DNA from: a virus | IMG/VR virus record: IMGVR_UViG_3300031616_000001 | Coordinates: 32,001-96,000 of that record | Length of the DNA: 64,000 bases | Reading direction: 5' to 3' (one strand) | Shown: positions 27,452 to 35,993 of the stretch, one piece after another | Layout of the letters: each line of letters starts with the position of its first letter | Position numbering within the stretch: position 1 is the stretch's first letter | The notes under the pieces: generated by a model | What the model was told of the DNA's origin: nothing | Databases searched by the model: none | Seen by the model: only the letters and a program-made list of their open reading frames with translations | Made by a program: the position numbers and the translations under genes

Positions 27452-27930
27452 TGCCGATTGCGTTCCGCATCCTGGGGCAGCCATGCTCAAAGGCGAACTC
27501 GCGGCAGATCGTGACGATCGGCGGCAAGCCGAAGTCGATCAAGTCGAAGGAGGCTCTGGCGTATGAGTCCGATGCACTGCGGCAAATTCCGACATGGGCG
27601 CGTCAAATGATCGACGTCCCGGTTCGAGTGACGCTGCGAATTTTCTACGCCTCTGAGCTTCCAGATCTCGATGAATCGATCGTGCTGGACGTCATGCAGG
27701 CGCGCTACAAGAAGTATGGAGAGAAGCGCGTTCTGATCCAGTCCGGTGTCTATGTCAACGATCGTCTCGTCCGCGAGAAGCATGTCTTCCATGGCGTGGA
27801 CAGATCGAATCCACGAGCCGAGATCAGCGTCGAACCGCTTCATCCGGTGCAAGCCGACATGCTTGCACCGGACATCGGAACGATGCTGAACCCAATCAGC
27901 GACGAGCACCCCGATGGCCTCCCGTTCTGA
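27451..27930 (+). CDS. rusA: RusA-like Holliday junction resolvase
   Basis: G.P.SKANSR, PDLD, YVNDRLV, NPRAEI. Confidence 0.75.
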   Translation: MPIAFRILGQPCSKANSRQIVTIGGKPKSIKSKEALAYESDALRQIPTWARQMIDVPVRVTLRIFYASELPDLDESIVLDVMQARYKKYGEKRVLIQSGVYVNDRLVREKHVFHGVDRSNPRAEISVEPLHPVQADMLAPDIGTMLNPISDEHPDGLPF

Positions 27931-28141
27931 GCACGCCAATCTCATGGCCTGGCAATGCAATCAGCAGCTGGGCTGTCTCCAAATGCATGCCGCTGTTCGT
28001 GCGCGGAACATGACGGCTGGCGGCGCGGCGGAGATCTATCAGACCATGGTCGAGATCCCGCTGCTCGTCACCATGCGCGTCTTCGCGCTGTCGTGCGGCG
28101 ACGCCGTCAATGAGATGCCAGACACACCGGAGGCTGCGTGA
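27914..28141 (+). CDS. Hypothetical protein
   Basis: Overlapping ORF in operon. Confidence 0.4.
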   Translation: MASRSEHANLMAWQCNQQLGCLQMHAAVRARNMTAGGAAEIYQTMVEIPLLVTMRVFALSCGDAVNEMPDTPEAA

Positions 28142-28662
28142 TCGAATTCCCGAAGGATCTGATCCTCCGCAACATCGGCGGCAGCGACGATGCGCTGGCC
28201 GTGTCGATTCAAGACGAGATGAATCGCCGCATTGGCGGTGAACTGAAGATTGACATGGGATTCGCAGCTGTCTCGAACGGTGCGGCGAGCACGTCGACCG
28301 CGCGGATCCCGACGGTGGCCAGCATGAAGAAGACGTTGGCCGAGATCGACGAGTTCTTCAGCCGCGCCGCGTCGCCAGCCCCTCAGATGCTGGCGCCGCC
28401 GCCGATGTCGCAAGCCGAAATCGGCCAGCTGATCGGTGTGCGCATGCACATCATGTCAGAGGCCATGCTGCCGCGTGATCCGGTGCGCGTGCACAAACGT
28501 CAGCGCTGGGATCGCTCCGGCAAGTACCACCTGCGCATCCAGAAGAAATGGAACAAGCGCTTCGGTGTCGTCGTTCGCGAAGTCGCCTATGTCAGCGACG
28601 CCGGAAAGACTCTTTACATCACACAGGCGGCGTTCGATCGCCTGCAGAAGGAACTCGCCTGA
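28138..28662 (+). CDS. Hypothetical protein
   Basis: RIQKKWNKRFG motif seen in phage proteins. Confidence 0.55.
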   Translation: MIEFPKDLILRNIGGSDDALAVSIQDEMNRRIGGELKIDMGFAAVSNGAASTSTARIPTVASMKKTLAEIDEFFSRAASPAPQMLAPPPMSQAEIGQLIGVRMHIMSEAMLPRDPVRVHKRQRWDRSGKYHLRIQKKWNKRFGVVVREVAYVSDAGKTLYITQAAFDRLQKELA

Positions 28663-28916
28663 TGGACTCGACGACGACATATCCAACGGTGGCCGCCGTG
28701 ATAGCCGCCGACTTCGAGACGTTGAGCGGGTGGGCCGACAAGCTGCCGCCGCCGCAGACCGACGTGGAACGCACGGTAGTGCGCCGCATCAAGGCGCGAC
28801 AACACGAGATGGCTTCGAGCGAGTTGCGCAGGAAAGCACCTGACATTGCCGACACGATCAACTCGGTCTCCGACATGGTCGAGAAGCTGACAGGCAAGAA
28901 GTTCCCGAGGTTCTGA
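28662..28916 (+). CDS. Hypothetical protein
   Basis: Coupled ORF. Confidence 0.5.
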   Translation: MDSTTTYPTVAAVIAADFETLSGWADKLPPPQTDVERTVVRRIKARQHEMASSELRRKAPDIADTINSVSDMVEKLTGKKFPRF

Positions 28917-28918
28917 TC

Positions 28919-29101
28919 ATGAGCATCAAGGAAGTTGTGCGGATGGAGATTGCGATTGCCTTCTGGGCGTGCGTGATCTGCTCGACCGTCTGGTCCACCC
29001 AGTTTGGCGTCAACCCCATCGCCGCGTTCTGGTGCCCAGCGTGGATGGTCGCGGCCGCGGTCCTCGCTGTGTCTCGAGTCATTGTGGCATTCATGAAATG
29101 A
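28919..29101 (+). CDS. Small membrane protein
   Basis: Two hydrophobic segments. Confidence 0.45.
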   Translation: MSIKEVVRMEIAIAFWACVICSTVWSTQFGVNPIAAFWCPAWMVAAAVLAVSRVIVAFMK

Positions 29102-29418
29102 AATCGCCGCCGCAGTACGAAGACCCGGACGCCGCGACGTCGATCGCGCTGTTCAAGGCGCGCACGCCGCAGGCCAACGCAGATGGCTCGTTGATGGGAG
29201 GCGCGCGCATCCTCAATTTTCAGACGGGATGGGCGATGCCGGTGTTGGTCGTCAACGCCTCGTCGTCGCACTGGTTCCGGCGTCTCGGCAACGACTGGGC
29301 GGAAGCGCTCTGCGGGATCCAGGCGCCGCTCGAGCTGGTCCACGGACCTGGCAACTACCCGCGCTGCGGCAACTGCATCAAGACGATGTCGCGGCTGATC
29401 CGACAGGGTGCGATGTGA
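29098..29418 (+). CDS. Hypothetical protein
   Basis: Coupled ORF; H..ALCG...C..C. Confidence 0.5.
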   Translation: MKSPPQYEDPDAATSIALFKARTPQANADGSLMGGARILNFQTGWAMPVLVVNASSSHWFRRLGNDWAEALCGIQAPLELVHGPGNYPRCGNCIKTMSRLIRQGAM

Positions 29419-29702
29419 GCCGCAACAACAGCCCGATCCCGACGGCCGATCGCCAGGACTTCCTCGCCGCGATGACAGCTATCGACGCGGAATGCGAAGG
29501 CCTTGCCGAAAGCTACTGGCTGATGCTCGATGCCGCCGAGGAGTTCATGGTGTCCCGACGCTACCAGCGCGGCGATCCGCTGGCGGCCTTGAAGCAGTAC
29601 CGACGAATGAAGGCAGAAGCTTTAGCCAACGCCGAGAGATTCCCTGGCGTCGACATCGACGCCGTTCACCGCAACCAAAGACCGAAGACGAAAGGATCCT
29701 GA
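29415..29702 (+). CDS. Hypothetical protein
   Basis: GTG start overlapping upstream stop. Confidence 0.45.
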   Translation: MSRNNSPIPTADRQDFLAAMTAIDAECEGLAESYWLMLDAAEEFMVSRRYQRGDPLAALKQYRRMKAEALANAERFPGVDIDAVHRNQRPKTKGS

Positions 29703-29704
29703 CC

Positions 29705-29953
29705 ATGGAAACAACGGAAGACCGCGTGAAGCGCATCGTGAGCCATCACCTCGGCGTGCCCGCTGAGACGCTCAACGCCGCCGCCGACATCGTGAAGGAT
29801 CTCGGCGCCGAGTCCTTAGACCGCGTCGAGATCGTGATGTGCGTCGAAGACGAGTTCGGCATCGAGATCTCCGACGAGGACGCCGAGCCGTTCCGGTCGA
29901 TCGCCGACATCTGCGCACATGTCGACAAGCACAAGTCGGCCGCCGCGGTCTGA
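29705..29953 (+). CDS. acpP: Acyl carrier protein homologue
   Basis: EDRVKRIV...LGV...DLGAESLD.VEIVM.VEDEFGIEISDEDAE. Confidence 0.9.
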   Translation: METTEDRVKRIVSHHLGVPAETLNAAADIVKDLGAESLDRVEIVMCVEDEFGIEISDEDAEPFRSIADICAHVDKHKSAAAV

Positions 29954-29964
29954 CTGGACCTGCC

Positions 29965-30114
29965 ATGACCTTGATCGTATGTCCTCGAGGTCGCGGCAAG
30001 TGGAACCACATTCGCTTGGTGATCGACGGGCCGTTTGATCTTTTCACGTTCGCGGTCGGAGAGAAGCTAGATCTCGGCGGCAGATGCTTTTGGATTATTG
30101 AGGTGCTCAATTGA
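29965..30114 (+). CDS. Hypothetical protein
   Basis: Short ORF MTLIVCPRGRGKW. Confidence 0.45.
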   Translation: MTLIVCPRGRGKWNHIRLVIDGPFDLFTFAVGEKLDLGGRCFWIIEVLN

Positions 30115-30653
30115 TTGATTCGCGTGATCTGCCAGAAGAGTGGCGACCGATTGCTGGATTAGAAGGCTTCTATTCCGTTAGCAGTTGGGGACGGGTTCGC
30201 GCCGAGTGCCGACAAGTGTCGGGAAAGCTAGGAAGCATTCGAACCCTGCCACAACGCATCATGGCTACGTCTTCTATTGACAGCAGTGGCTATCCGCACC
30301 TCAGCTTGTCCAGAGACCGGAAGAGGGTATTTCGGAAGGTTCACATCCTTGTCGCGCATGCCTTCAATGGACCGCGGCCGACAGGACTCCAGGTCGCGCA
30401 CAACGATGGAATTCCGGTCCATGCGCATGCTTCGAATCTTCGATACGACACGCCGGTTGGCAATCAAGCAGATCGTCTCATCCATGGAACCGCACCCCAT
30501 GGCAACGCTACGAATCGTGCGAGGCTAGAAGCGGCACAGATAGAGGCGATCCGCAGAGACCCGCGATCAGAGCGAAAGATCGCAGCGGAACTGGGCGTAA
30601 ACCACAGCACGATTGGTGCAGTGAAGAGGGGGACATCATGGTTCTACATCTGA
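30111..30653 (+). CDS. NUMOD4-HNH homing endonuclease
   Basis: EEWRPIAGLEG.YSVSSWGRV, VHILVA.AF, VAHNDG....NL; lower GC. Confidence 0.85.
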   Translation: MIDSRDLPEEWRPIAGLEGFYSVSSWGRVRAECRQVSGKLGSIRTLPQRIMATSSIDSSGYPHLSLSRDRKRVFRKVHILVAHAFNGPRPTGLQVAHNDGIPVHAHASNLRYDTPVGNQADRLIHGTAPHGNATNRARLEAAQIEAIRRDPRSERKIAAELGVNHSTIGAVKRGTSWFYI

Positions 30654-31093
30654 AAGCTGCTGCCATCGCTAGTCCGACATTGTTGAAGCGCACAGTGCGC
30701 CCAATGGAACATAGGCGTGTTGCTCTTCGAGCCTTCACTGCACTTGCCGAAATCTGCAATGGAACGGCGAGAACGGAAGAGATCATTGATCTATGCGATT
30801 CGATCAATGTTGTCGAAGCGCTTGTGACCATTGGCAAGTGCGACGATGATTCGGCTCCCGAGCACATTCTCAAAGCGATGGACGGCGTCCGCGTGGCGGT
30901 CAAGTGTCCGTCCGGAATGATGCGCATGGGTCAGGCTTCGACGTTCTCGATGCGTCACATCGTGACCCTGCATGACTTGGCTGTGGGCCGGCTAAGTCAG
31001 GGCACATTGTTCGAGGCATGGCAACTGGTGATGGACAAGATCGCCGATCCAGCGGCCAACGAATCTACTGGTCTCTTCGTGGTCCACGCGTGA
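30638..31093 (+). CDS. Hypothetical phage protein
   Basis: 151-aa ORF. Confidence 0.55.
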   Translation: MVLHLKAAAIASPTLLKRTVRPMEHRRVALRAFTALAEICNGTARTEEIIDLCDSINVVEALVTIGKCDDDSAPEHILKAMDGVRVAVKCPSGMMRMGQASTFSMRHIVTLHDLAVGRLSQGTLFEAWQLVMDKIADPAANESTGLFVVHA

Positions 31094-31332
31094 CGTGCGC
31101 GCATTGCATCGCTGCTTCCGCGGATCCTCACCACGGGCGGTCGAACGCCGGATGCCGGGGCTGCCAAGCGCGGCGCCTCGCACTGTCTCCGCATGCATTC
31201 GCCGCGCTGGCCGGCGCGCCGGAGCAGCTGCAGGCGGACATCGCGGAGATCTGGGGGGACGACTACAAGGCGGGCCGCGCCGAGGTTTGGAAGTGGATCG
31301 AGTTGATGCGCCAGAAACCGGGTAGCGGATAG
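31090..31332 (+). CDS. Hypothetical Cys-rich protein
   Basis: CAHC...CRGC; coupled GTG start. Confidence 0.5.
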   Translation: MTCAHCIAASADPHHGRSNAGCRGCQARRLALSPHAFAALAGAPEQLQADIAEIWGDDYKAGRAEVWKWIELMRQKPGSG

Positions 31333-31409
31333 CGAAGCGCCCCGCGACAGATGAACTGTCGCAGGGCGCTGGTCTGACGTGAAAAGCGAGGTGAGATGCG
31401 CATTCTACG

Positions 31410-32060
31410 TTGGAGACAAAGATGAACCTCGGCGACAACACAGACCCGGTCTTCAAGACCGTGGGGCAGGCCTTGTACTTGGCATACGTGATGGAGGTGA
31501 CTCCGGCGTCGACGCCGAGCCCGACGGAGACGCTCATCAGAGACTTGATGAAGCAGCGCTACGGCGAGGCGCCGGTGCCGCAGGCCGAGCGCAGCATCAA
31601 CATGGGTGGCATGAACCCGCAGGAACTGCGCGCGCAATGCGCGCTGATCCGCGCGAGCGTTGCCGATCACCTAGCCGGCCAGGAGCGCGACACGATCTGC
31701 TCGCGCTTCGGCCACCAGATGACGCGAGCCGTGGGCGTGCGCAATCTTCGCGATCACTACGGCAGCCTGTGCAACACCCAGCACCAGGAAGCCGTGCTCG
31801 GATTGATCTGGGCGATATACGCGCCCGGGATTCGGCAGTTCCCCGGTGAGAATCCGCGCGCCTTCAATCTGCGGCGCAAGAAGCGCGAGAACGAATGGTC
31901 GGTACGTGGCATGGAGCGCGTCTACGGCATCGGCCGAAGCGTACTGCGGCGCGATCAGGACATGCTGCGCAAGCTGCTTAACGCCGTCGAGATGCAGGCG
32001 CAGTCGAAGCTGGAGGACCTGTTCACGCGGACCGGACTGATCGGCGATCCCAACGCTTAG
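31410..32060 (+). CDS. Putative late transcription regulator (Q-position gene)
   Basis: Last gene of rightward early operon; HTH-like C-terminus; function inferred from position. Confidence 0.5.
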   Translation: METKMNLGDNTDPVFKTVGQALYLAYVMEVTPASTPSPTETLIRDLMKQRYGEAPVPQAERSINMGGMNPQELRAQCALIRASVADHLAGQERDTICSRFGHQMTRAVGVRNLRDHYGSLCNTQHQEAVLGLIWAIYAPGIRQFPGENPRAFNLRRKKRENEWSVRGMERVYGIGRSVLRRDQDMLRKLLNAVEMQAQSKLEDLFTRTGLIGDPNA

Positions 32061-32077
32061 CGTGCGCAAAAGAAAAC

Positions 32078-32118
32078 ATTAGCAATGCTTGACTCGTGCG
32101 CTCCTGTTGTGGTGCAAT
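32078..32118 (+). promoter_or_regulatory. Putative promoter of the ncRNA/Ro operon with operator at -35
   Basis: AGCAATGCT overlapping TTGACT (32089-32094); weak -10 TGCAAT. Confidence 0.55.
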
Positions 32119-32122
32119 TCGC

Positions 32123-32253
32123 TTCCCGATCAATGACGTGCTTTACATGTAGCTCATCTGGTAGAGCAAAAGCCTAAAAAGCTTTGGGTAGCTGGTTCGA
32201 TTCCAGTCGTCGCCGCGCAAGCGGTGGTCAAACGCACATCGACTCATCGGGAA
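32123..32253 (+). ncRNA. Y-RNA-like unit 1 with tRNA-like D, anticodon and T arms
   Basis: ttcccgat/atcgggaa outer stem, caat/gactc loop, inner stem, TACATG; agctcatctggtagagc, aaagc-ctaaaaa-gcttt, gctgg-ttcgatt-ccagt. Confidence 0.8.
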
Positions 32254-32285
32254 CTGAATTTCAACGCCAGCGGAGGACCTTGAAC

Positions 32286-32462
32286 ATGCTGCACTACGCC
32301 GTCGTCTTTCTCGTCGTCGCGCTCATCTCCGCGATGTTCGGCTTTGCCGGCATCGCAGGCACGGCGGCCCTCGTCGCAAAGGGGCTGTTCGTCGTGTTCG
32401 CGGTTCTCGCGCTCGTGGCGTTTCTCATGGGCCTGCTCGCAGCAGACCGAGACAAGAGTTAA
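32286..32462 (+). CDS. DUF1328/UPF0391 (YtjA-like) small membrane protein
   Basis: [28 protein letters not shown]; GGAGG RBS. Confidence 0.9.
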   Translation: MLHYAVVFLVVALISAMFGFAGIAGTAALVAKGLFVVFAVLALVAFLMGLLAADRDKS

Positions 32463-32467
32463 AGAGT

Positions 32468-32540
32468 TTCCTGACACGGCCGGGCATACACGACCTTGCA
32501 AAGACCGTCCCGAAAGGGATTGCTCGGCGACTCTCAGGAA
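32468..32540 (+). ncRNA. Y-RNA-like unit 2 (short)
   Basis: ttcctga/tcaggaa, cacg/gactc, gccgggca/tgctcggc, TACACG, GAAA hairpin. Confidence 0.75.
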
Positions 32541-32558
32541 TCTAGTTTTGAAGGGTTC

Positions 32559-32648
32559 GTGGCCACTGATCGGCCTACATGCTTTTGGCGCACGGAAGCG
32601 GGCCGCCTAGCGCGGTAGCGCACGAACGAAAGCCGATCGACTCGCCAC
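32559..32648 (+). ncRNA. Y-RNA-like unit 3
   Basis: gtggc/gccac, cact/gactc, gatcggc/gccgatc, TACATG. Confidence 0.75.
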
Positions 32649-32657
32649 ACAGTTTTC

Positions 32658-32779
32658 GTGACTACTGGAATGGCTACACGCCTTTTAAGCGGGTTGTCGC
32701 AAGTTCGAATCTTGCCGTTCGGTGAAAGCTGAACGTAGCTCAGCGGTAGAGCACCTAAATATCCATTCCGACTCGTCAC
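32658..32779 (+). ncRNA. YrlA-like Y RNA unit 4 with circularly permuted tRNA domain
   Basis: gtgac/gtcac, tact/gactc, ggaatgg/ccattcc; order: cgc-cttttaa-gcg, T arm gcaag-ttcgaat-cttgc, loop-closed acceptor-like stem, D arm tagctcagcggtagagc. Confidence 0.85.
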
Positions 32780-32795
32780 ACATAGTTTTCAGAGT

Positions 32796-32931
32796 TGCCG
32801 CGCACTGTATCTGCATACACGCATCAGAGGAATAGCTCAGCTGGTTAGAGCATCGGGGTCAACCCCGAGGTCGTCGGTTCGAACCCGACTTCCCCTACCA
32901 ACCGCAAGGACAGCAGATCGATTTCGCGGCA
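32796..32931 (+). ncRNA. Y-RNA-like unit 5 enclosing a CCA-ending tRNA-like body (32826-32900)
   Basis: tgccgcg/cgcggca, cact/gattt, TACACG; cloverleaf with tcgggg-tcaa-ccccga (4-nt loop) and ACCA end. Confidence 0.8.
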
Positions 32932-32958
32932 TCAATTTTTCGACAGAGGAGAGCACAC

Positions 32959-34425
32959 ATGGAATCTGGACTCACGCGCAACCGCGTCATCAGCGAACTC
33001 ACCCGCAGCCCGCACGGCGACCTCGCGCAGTACGCGCCGATTGGCCTGCAGGCGGCCGCTGAGGATCCGAACTTCTTTGCTCACCTCGTCGCCTGGAACG
33101 CCCGCAAGGGCCAGATCCGCGACGCCAAGGTCGCGCTTCCCGTGCTTGCGCTGACGGCTGCCGCGCTGCGGGATGACGTCGAGCTGCGCGACAACGCGAT
33201 CGCGCACATCGTCAGCCTGGATCCGCGCAACCTCGTGCGCGCCGTGCGCTTTGCGAAGTCGCAGCCCGTGCAGGAGCGTCGCCGCGTCTCGCGCGCCGTC
33301 GAGCAGTACCTGCGCGAGCGCGAAGCCAACCCCGGCCGCTTCGAGCGCGCCGCGCTGCAGCACCGCGCCTCCATGAAGGAACTCTACGCGCTGCTGCACA
33401 TCAAGCCCGGCGAGTACGCGCAGAAGGTGCTCTTTGACGGCGCAAAGGTCGGCGTGTTCGCCGACGTCACACGCCTCAAGGACCTGGATCCCACGGAAGC
33501 CGCGGGCTTGATCATGCGCAAGCGCATCCCGTTCCTGACGGCGATGGGCGCGCTCGGCGTGAAGTCGAAGGACCCGGCCGTCGTGCAGGCGCTGATCGCC
33601 GCCATGACGCCGACGGAACTCGTGACGAACGCGAAGATGCTCGAGCGCCTCGGCGTGAAGACCGACCCAGCGCTACGCGCTGCCTTCGATGCTGGCCTGA
33701 TGAAGGCGGCCGACTCCGGCGCGTCCACGCTGAAGACCACGCGCGCCGCTGACGCCATCGGCGGGTCGACGGGCGAGAAGCTTCGCGGCGTGCAGGAGAA
33801 ACAGATCGACAAGATCGCCGTCGAAGGCGACTGGTTGATCCTGGCCGACAAGTCGCCTTCGATGCGTGATTCCCTGGATGTCGGCCGCAAGATCGCCGAC
33901 GTGCTCGCGCGCGCCGCGAAGGGCGACGTGCACCTCGTGTGGTTCGACTCGGGGCCGACGTACTTCAACGTCACCGGCAAAACGTACGACGAGATCATGG
34001 AGCTGACGAAGCGCATCACCGTGAGCGGTGGCACGGACATCGGCATTGGCCTCGAATACGCGCTCGAGAAGAAGCTCATCGTCGACGGCATTGCAGTCGT
34101 CTCGGACGGCGGCGACGGCCGTGCCGGTGGCTTCAGCCGGGCGTATCAGAAGTACAGCGACTTCGCCGGCAAGGACGTGCCGGTGTACTTCTACAAGCTC
34201 GCCGGCGACCCCGACACGTTCACGGATCGCGTGGTGGCCGATGGGATCTCCATGCAGGCCTTCGACCTGCGTGGCGGCGTGGACTTCTACTCACTGCCTG
34301 CTGTCGTGACCACGATGCGCACCAATCGCTTCGGGCTGGCCGAGGAGATCCTCGAGATGCCGCTGCTGCGACTGGCCGACGTGCTGCGCAGCAATGTGGT
34401 TGCCGCAGAGTTGGTGGCGGCCTGA
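32959..34425 (+). CDS. Ro60/TROVE-like protein with C-terminal vWA domain
   Basis: Helical N-terminal region; MIDAS ADKSPSM, GGTDIG, VVSDG; adjacent Y-RNA-like units. Confidence 0.8.
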   Translation: MESGLTRNRVISELTRSPHGDLAQYAPIGLQAAAEDPNFFAHLVAWNARKGQIRDAKVALPVLALTAAALRDDVELRDNAIAHIVSLDPRNLVRAVRFAKSQPVQERRRVSRAVEQYLREREANPGRFERAALQHRASMKELYALLHIKPGEYAQKVLFDGAKVGVFADVTRLKDLDPTEAAGLIMRKRIPFLTAMGALGVKSKDPAVVQALIAAMTPTELVTNAKMLERLGVKTDPALRAAFDAGLMKAADSGASTLKTTRAADAIGGSTGEKLRGVQEKQIDKIAVEGDWLILADKSPSMRDSLDVGRKIADVLARAAKGDVHLVWFDSGPTYFNVTGKTYDEIMELTKRITVSGGTDIGIGLEYALEKKLIVDGIAVVSDGGDGRAGGFSRAYQKYSDFAGKDVPVYFYKLAGDPDTFTDRVVADGISMQAFDLRGGVDFYSLPAVVTTMRTNRFGLAEEILEMPLLRLADVLRSNVVAAELVAA

Positions 34426-34515
34426 TGCCGATGACGGGTCAACTCAGCGACCCGCAGAAGATGCGCGAGTTCATCAACGGCTTCAACTGAAGCTGCAACC
34501 AGAGAGGAAAGAGGA

Positions 34516-34818
34516 ATGTATCTGCAGCAACTCAAGAATCTAAACGTCGAGCGCATCGACGTCGACGAGGCGATCGCGATGGCTACCTGGGCGCGTGCGT
34601 CGGCGAACGGCTACGACCACTACGGTGTGACGCCGCCGGCCTGGTTGACCGCCGCGATCGAGACGCTCGACGCCGAGATCAACCGCCGCCGCCGCGACAT
34701 CCTGGTCGCACGCAAGCGTGAGATCGAGGCGAACCTGACGCAGCTCCGCACCCGCGAGGAACGGCGTCACGACGCCGAGGCCGAGCTGGCGCGTCTCAAC
34801 GATGCCCTCGGCAAGTAA
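34516..34818 (+). CDS. Hypothetical coiled-coil protein, last gene of Ro operon
   Basis: GAGG RBS; followed by terminator. Confidence 0.65.
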   Translation: MYLQQLKNLNVERIDVDEAIAMATWARASANGYDHYGVTPPAWLTAAIETLDAEINRRRRDILVARKREIEANLTQLRTREERRHDAEAELARLNDALGK

Positions 34819-34822
34819 GCCA

Positions 34823-34854
34823 AAACAGGCCACCCCGAAAGAGGTGGCCTGTTT
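34823..34854 (+). terminator. Rho-independent terminator (possibly bidirectional)
   Basis: aaacaggccacc-loop-ggtggcctgttt. Confidence 0.8.
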
Positions 34855-34953
34855 GCATTGCGCCTATCGCTGGCTGCCGCGCATCACCGGCCGGCAAGCC
34901 AAGTGCCCGCAGTGCCAGTCGCGCAAGTGGGACCAGAAGCCGAAGGCAAAACG

Positions 34954-35709
34954 ATGAAGACCACCATCCTCGAAGCCGTTGTTGGCTCGACGGTTCACGG
35001 TACCGCGGTGAACGATGGTCTCGAGGACCTTGACCTCATGGCCGTCGTCGTCGAAGACCAGAAGACCTTTGCAGGCTTCAATGCAGCCGACACGTGGGTC
35101 AGCCGAACCAAGCCGGTTGGCGTGCGCTCCGAGGCTGGCGATGTGGATCATGTGGCGTATGGTCTGCGCAAGTACCTGAGCCTGGCACTCAAGGGAAACC
35201 CGTCGATCCTGCTTGCGCTCTTCGTGCCCGGAGAGCACGTGCGGGAGATCACACTGTACGGCCACGCCTTGCGCGCGCTGGCGCCACAGATCGTCAGCAA
35301 ACAGGCCTACATGCCATTCCGAGGCTACATGCGTCAGCAGCATGAGCGCCTTCTGGGACTTCGCGGCCAGCGCAACATCACCCGTCCCGAGCTGGTCGAC
35401 AAGTACGGCTATGACACGAAGTATGCCGGCCACGTTGTGCGGCTCGGGCTGCAAGGCGAAGAGTTGCTGCAGACTGGCAGGATCTCGCTACCCATGCGCG
35501 ACGCCGATCGCCAGCTCGTGCTCAAGGTGCGAACTGGCGGCTTCTCGCTTGCCGAGGCATCGACGCAGATCATCGACGCTGAGCGGCGGCTGGATGCTGC
35601 CTATGCGGCGTCGACATTGCCAGATCGGCCGAACTCGGAATTGGTCGAGCGCTGGATGCTGAAAACCTACCTGCAGCACTGGTCGGAAGAATGGAGGATA
35701 GGCGGATGA
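34954..35709 (+). CDS. Pol-beta superfamily nucleotidyltransferase (YcgL/RlaP-like)
   Basis: VGSTVHG....DLD, LKGNP, GYDTKYA.H.VRL motifs. Confidence 0.85.
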   Translation: MKTTILEAVVGSTVHGTAVNDGLEDLDLMAVVVEDQKTFAGFNAADTWVSRTKPVGVRSEAGDVDHVAYGLRKYLSLALKGNPSILLALFVPGEHVREITLYGHALRALAPQIVSKQAYMPFRGYMRQQHERLLGLRGQRNITRPELVDKYGYDTKYAGHVVRLGLQGEELLQTGRISLPMRDADRQLVLKVRTGGFSLAEASTQIIDAERRLDAAYAASTLPDRPNSELVERWMLKTYLQHWSEEWRIGG

Positions 35710-35993
35710 CCTTCGAGCGCCACCGCTTCATGACCAACGCCGACGACTTCAGGCCCGTCAAGTTTCCGCCTCCCGGTCCCTACTGGTGCAGCGGCTACCG
35801 CTTCGACGACGACGAGCCACGGAACAATCACGCTATCGTCATCGCGATCCTGCCGAAGGACGAGCCGCTCGCCACATGGTGGCCTGACGCCGAAGACGTC
35901 GAGACCACCGAAATCGACGTCATCACATTCACCGAACGCTTCCCGCGGCCCACATGGTGGCAGCCGCAACTCACCGTGGTGCCTCCGACATGA
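35706..35993 (+). CDS. Hypothetical phage protein
   Basis: DFRPVKFPPPGPYWCSG...F..RFPRP.WW. Confidence 0.65.
   Translation: MTFERHRFMTNADDFRPVKFPPPGPYWCSGYRFDDDEPRNNHAIVIAILPKDEPLATWWPDAEDVETTEIDVITFTERFPRPTWWQPQLTVVPPT

Noticed and set aside
32826-32900. Functional tRNA gene
   Set aside because: Anticodon loop is 4 nt, acceptor stem has a mismatch, and it is nested in the Y-like scaffold; reported as ncRNA
35518-35532. Possible self-target of array 4 (GTn CTn AAn GTn CGn) in the nucleotidyltransferase gene
   Set aside because: Only 5 of 11 dinucleotides match consecutively; a 10-nt gapped match is expected by chance in 64 kb given the many possible registers
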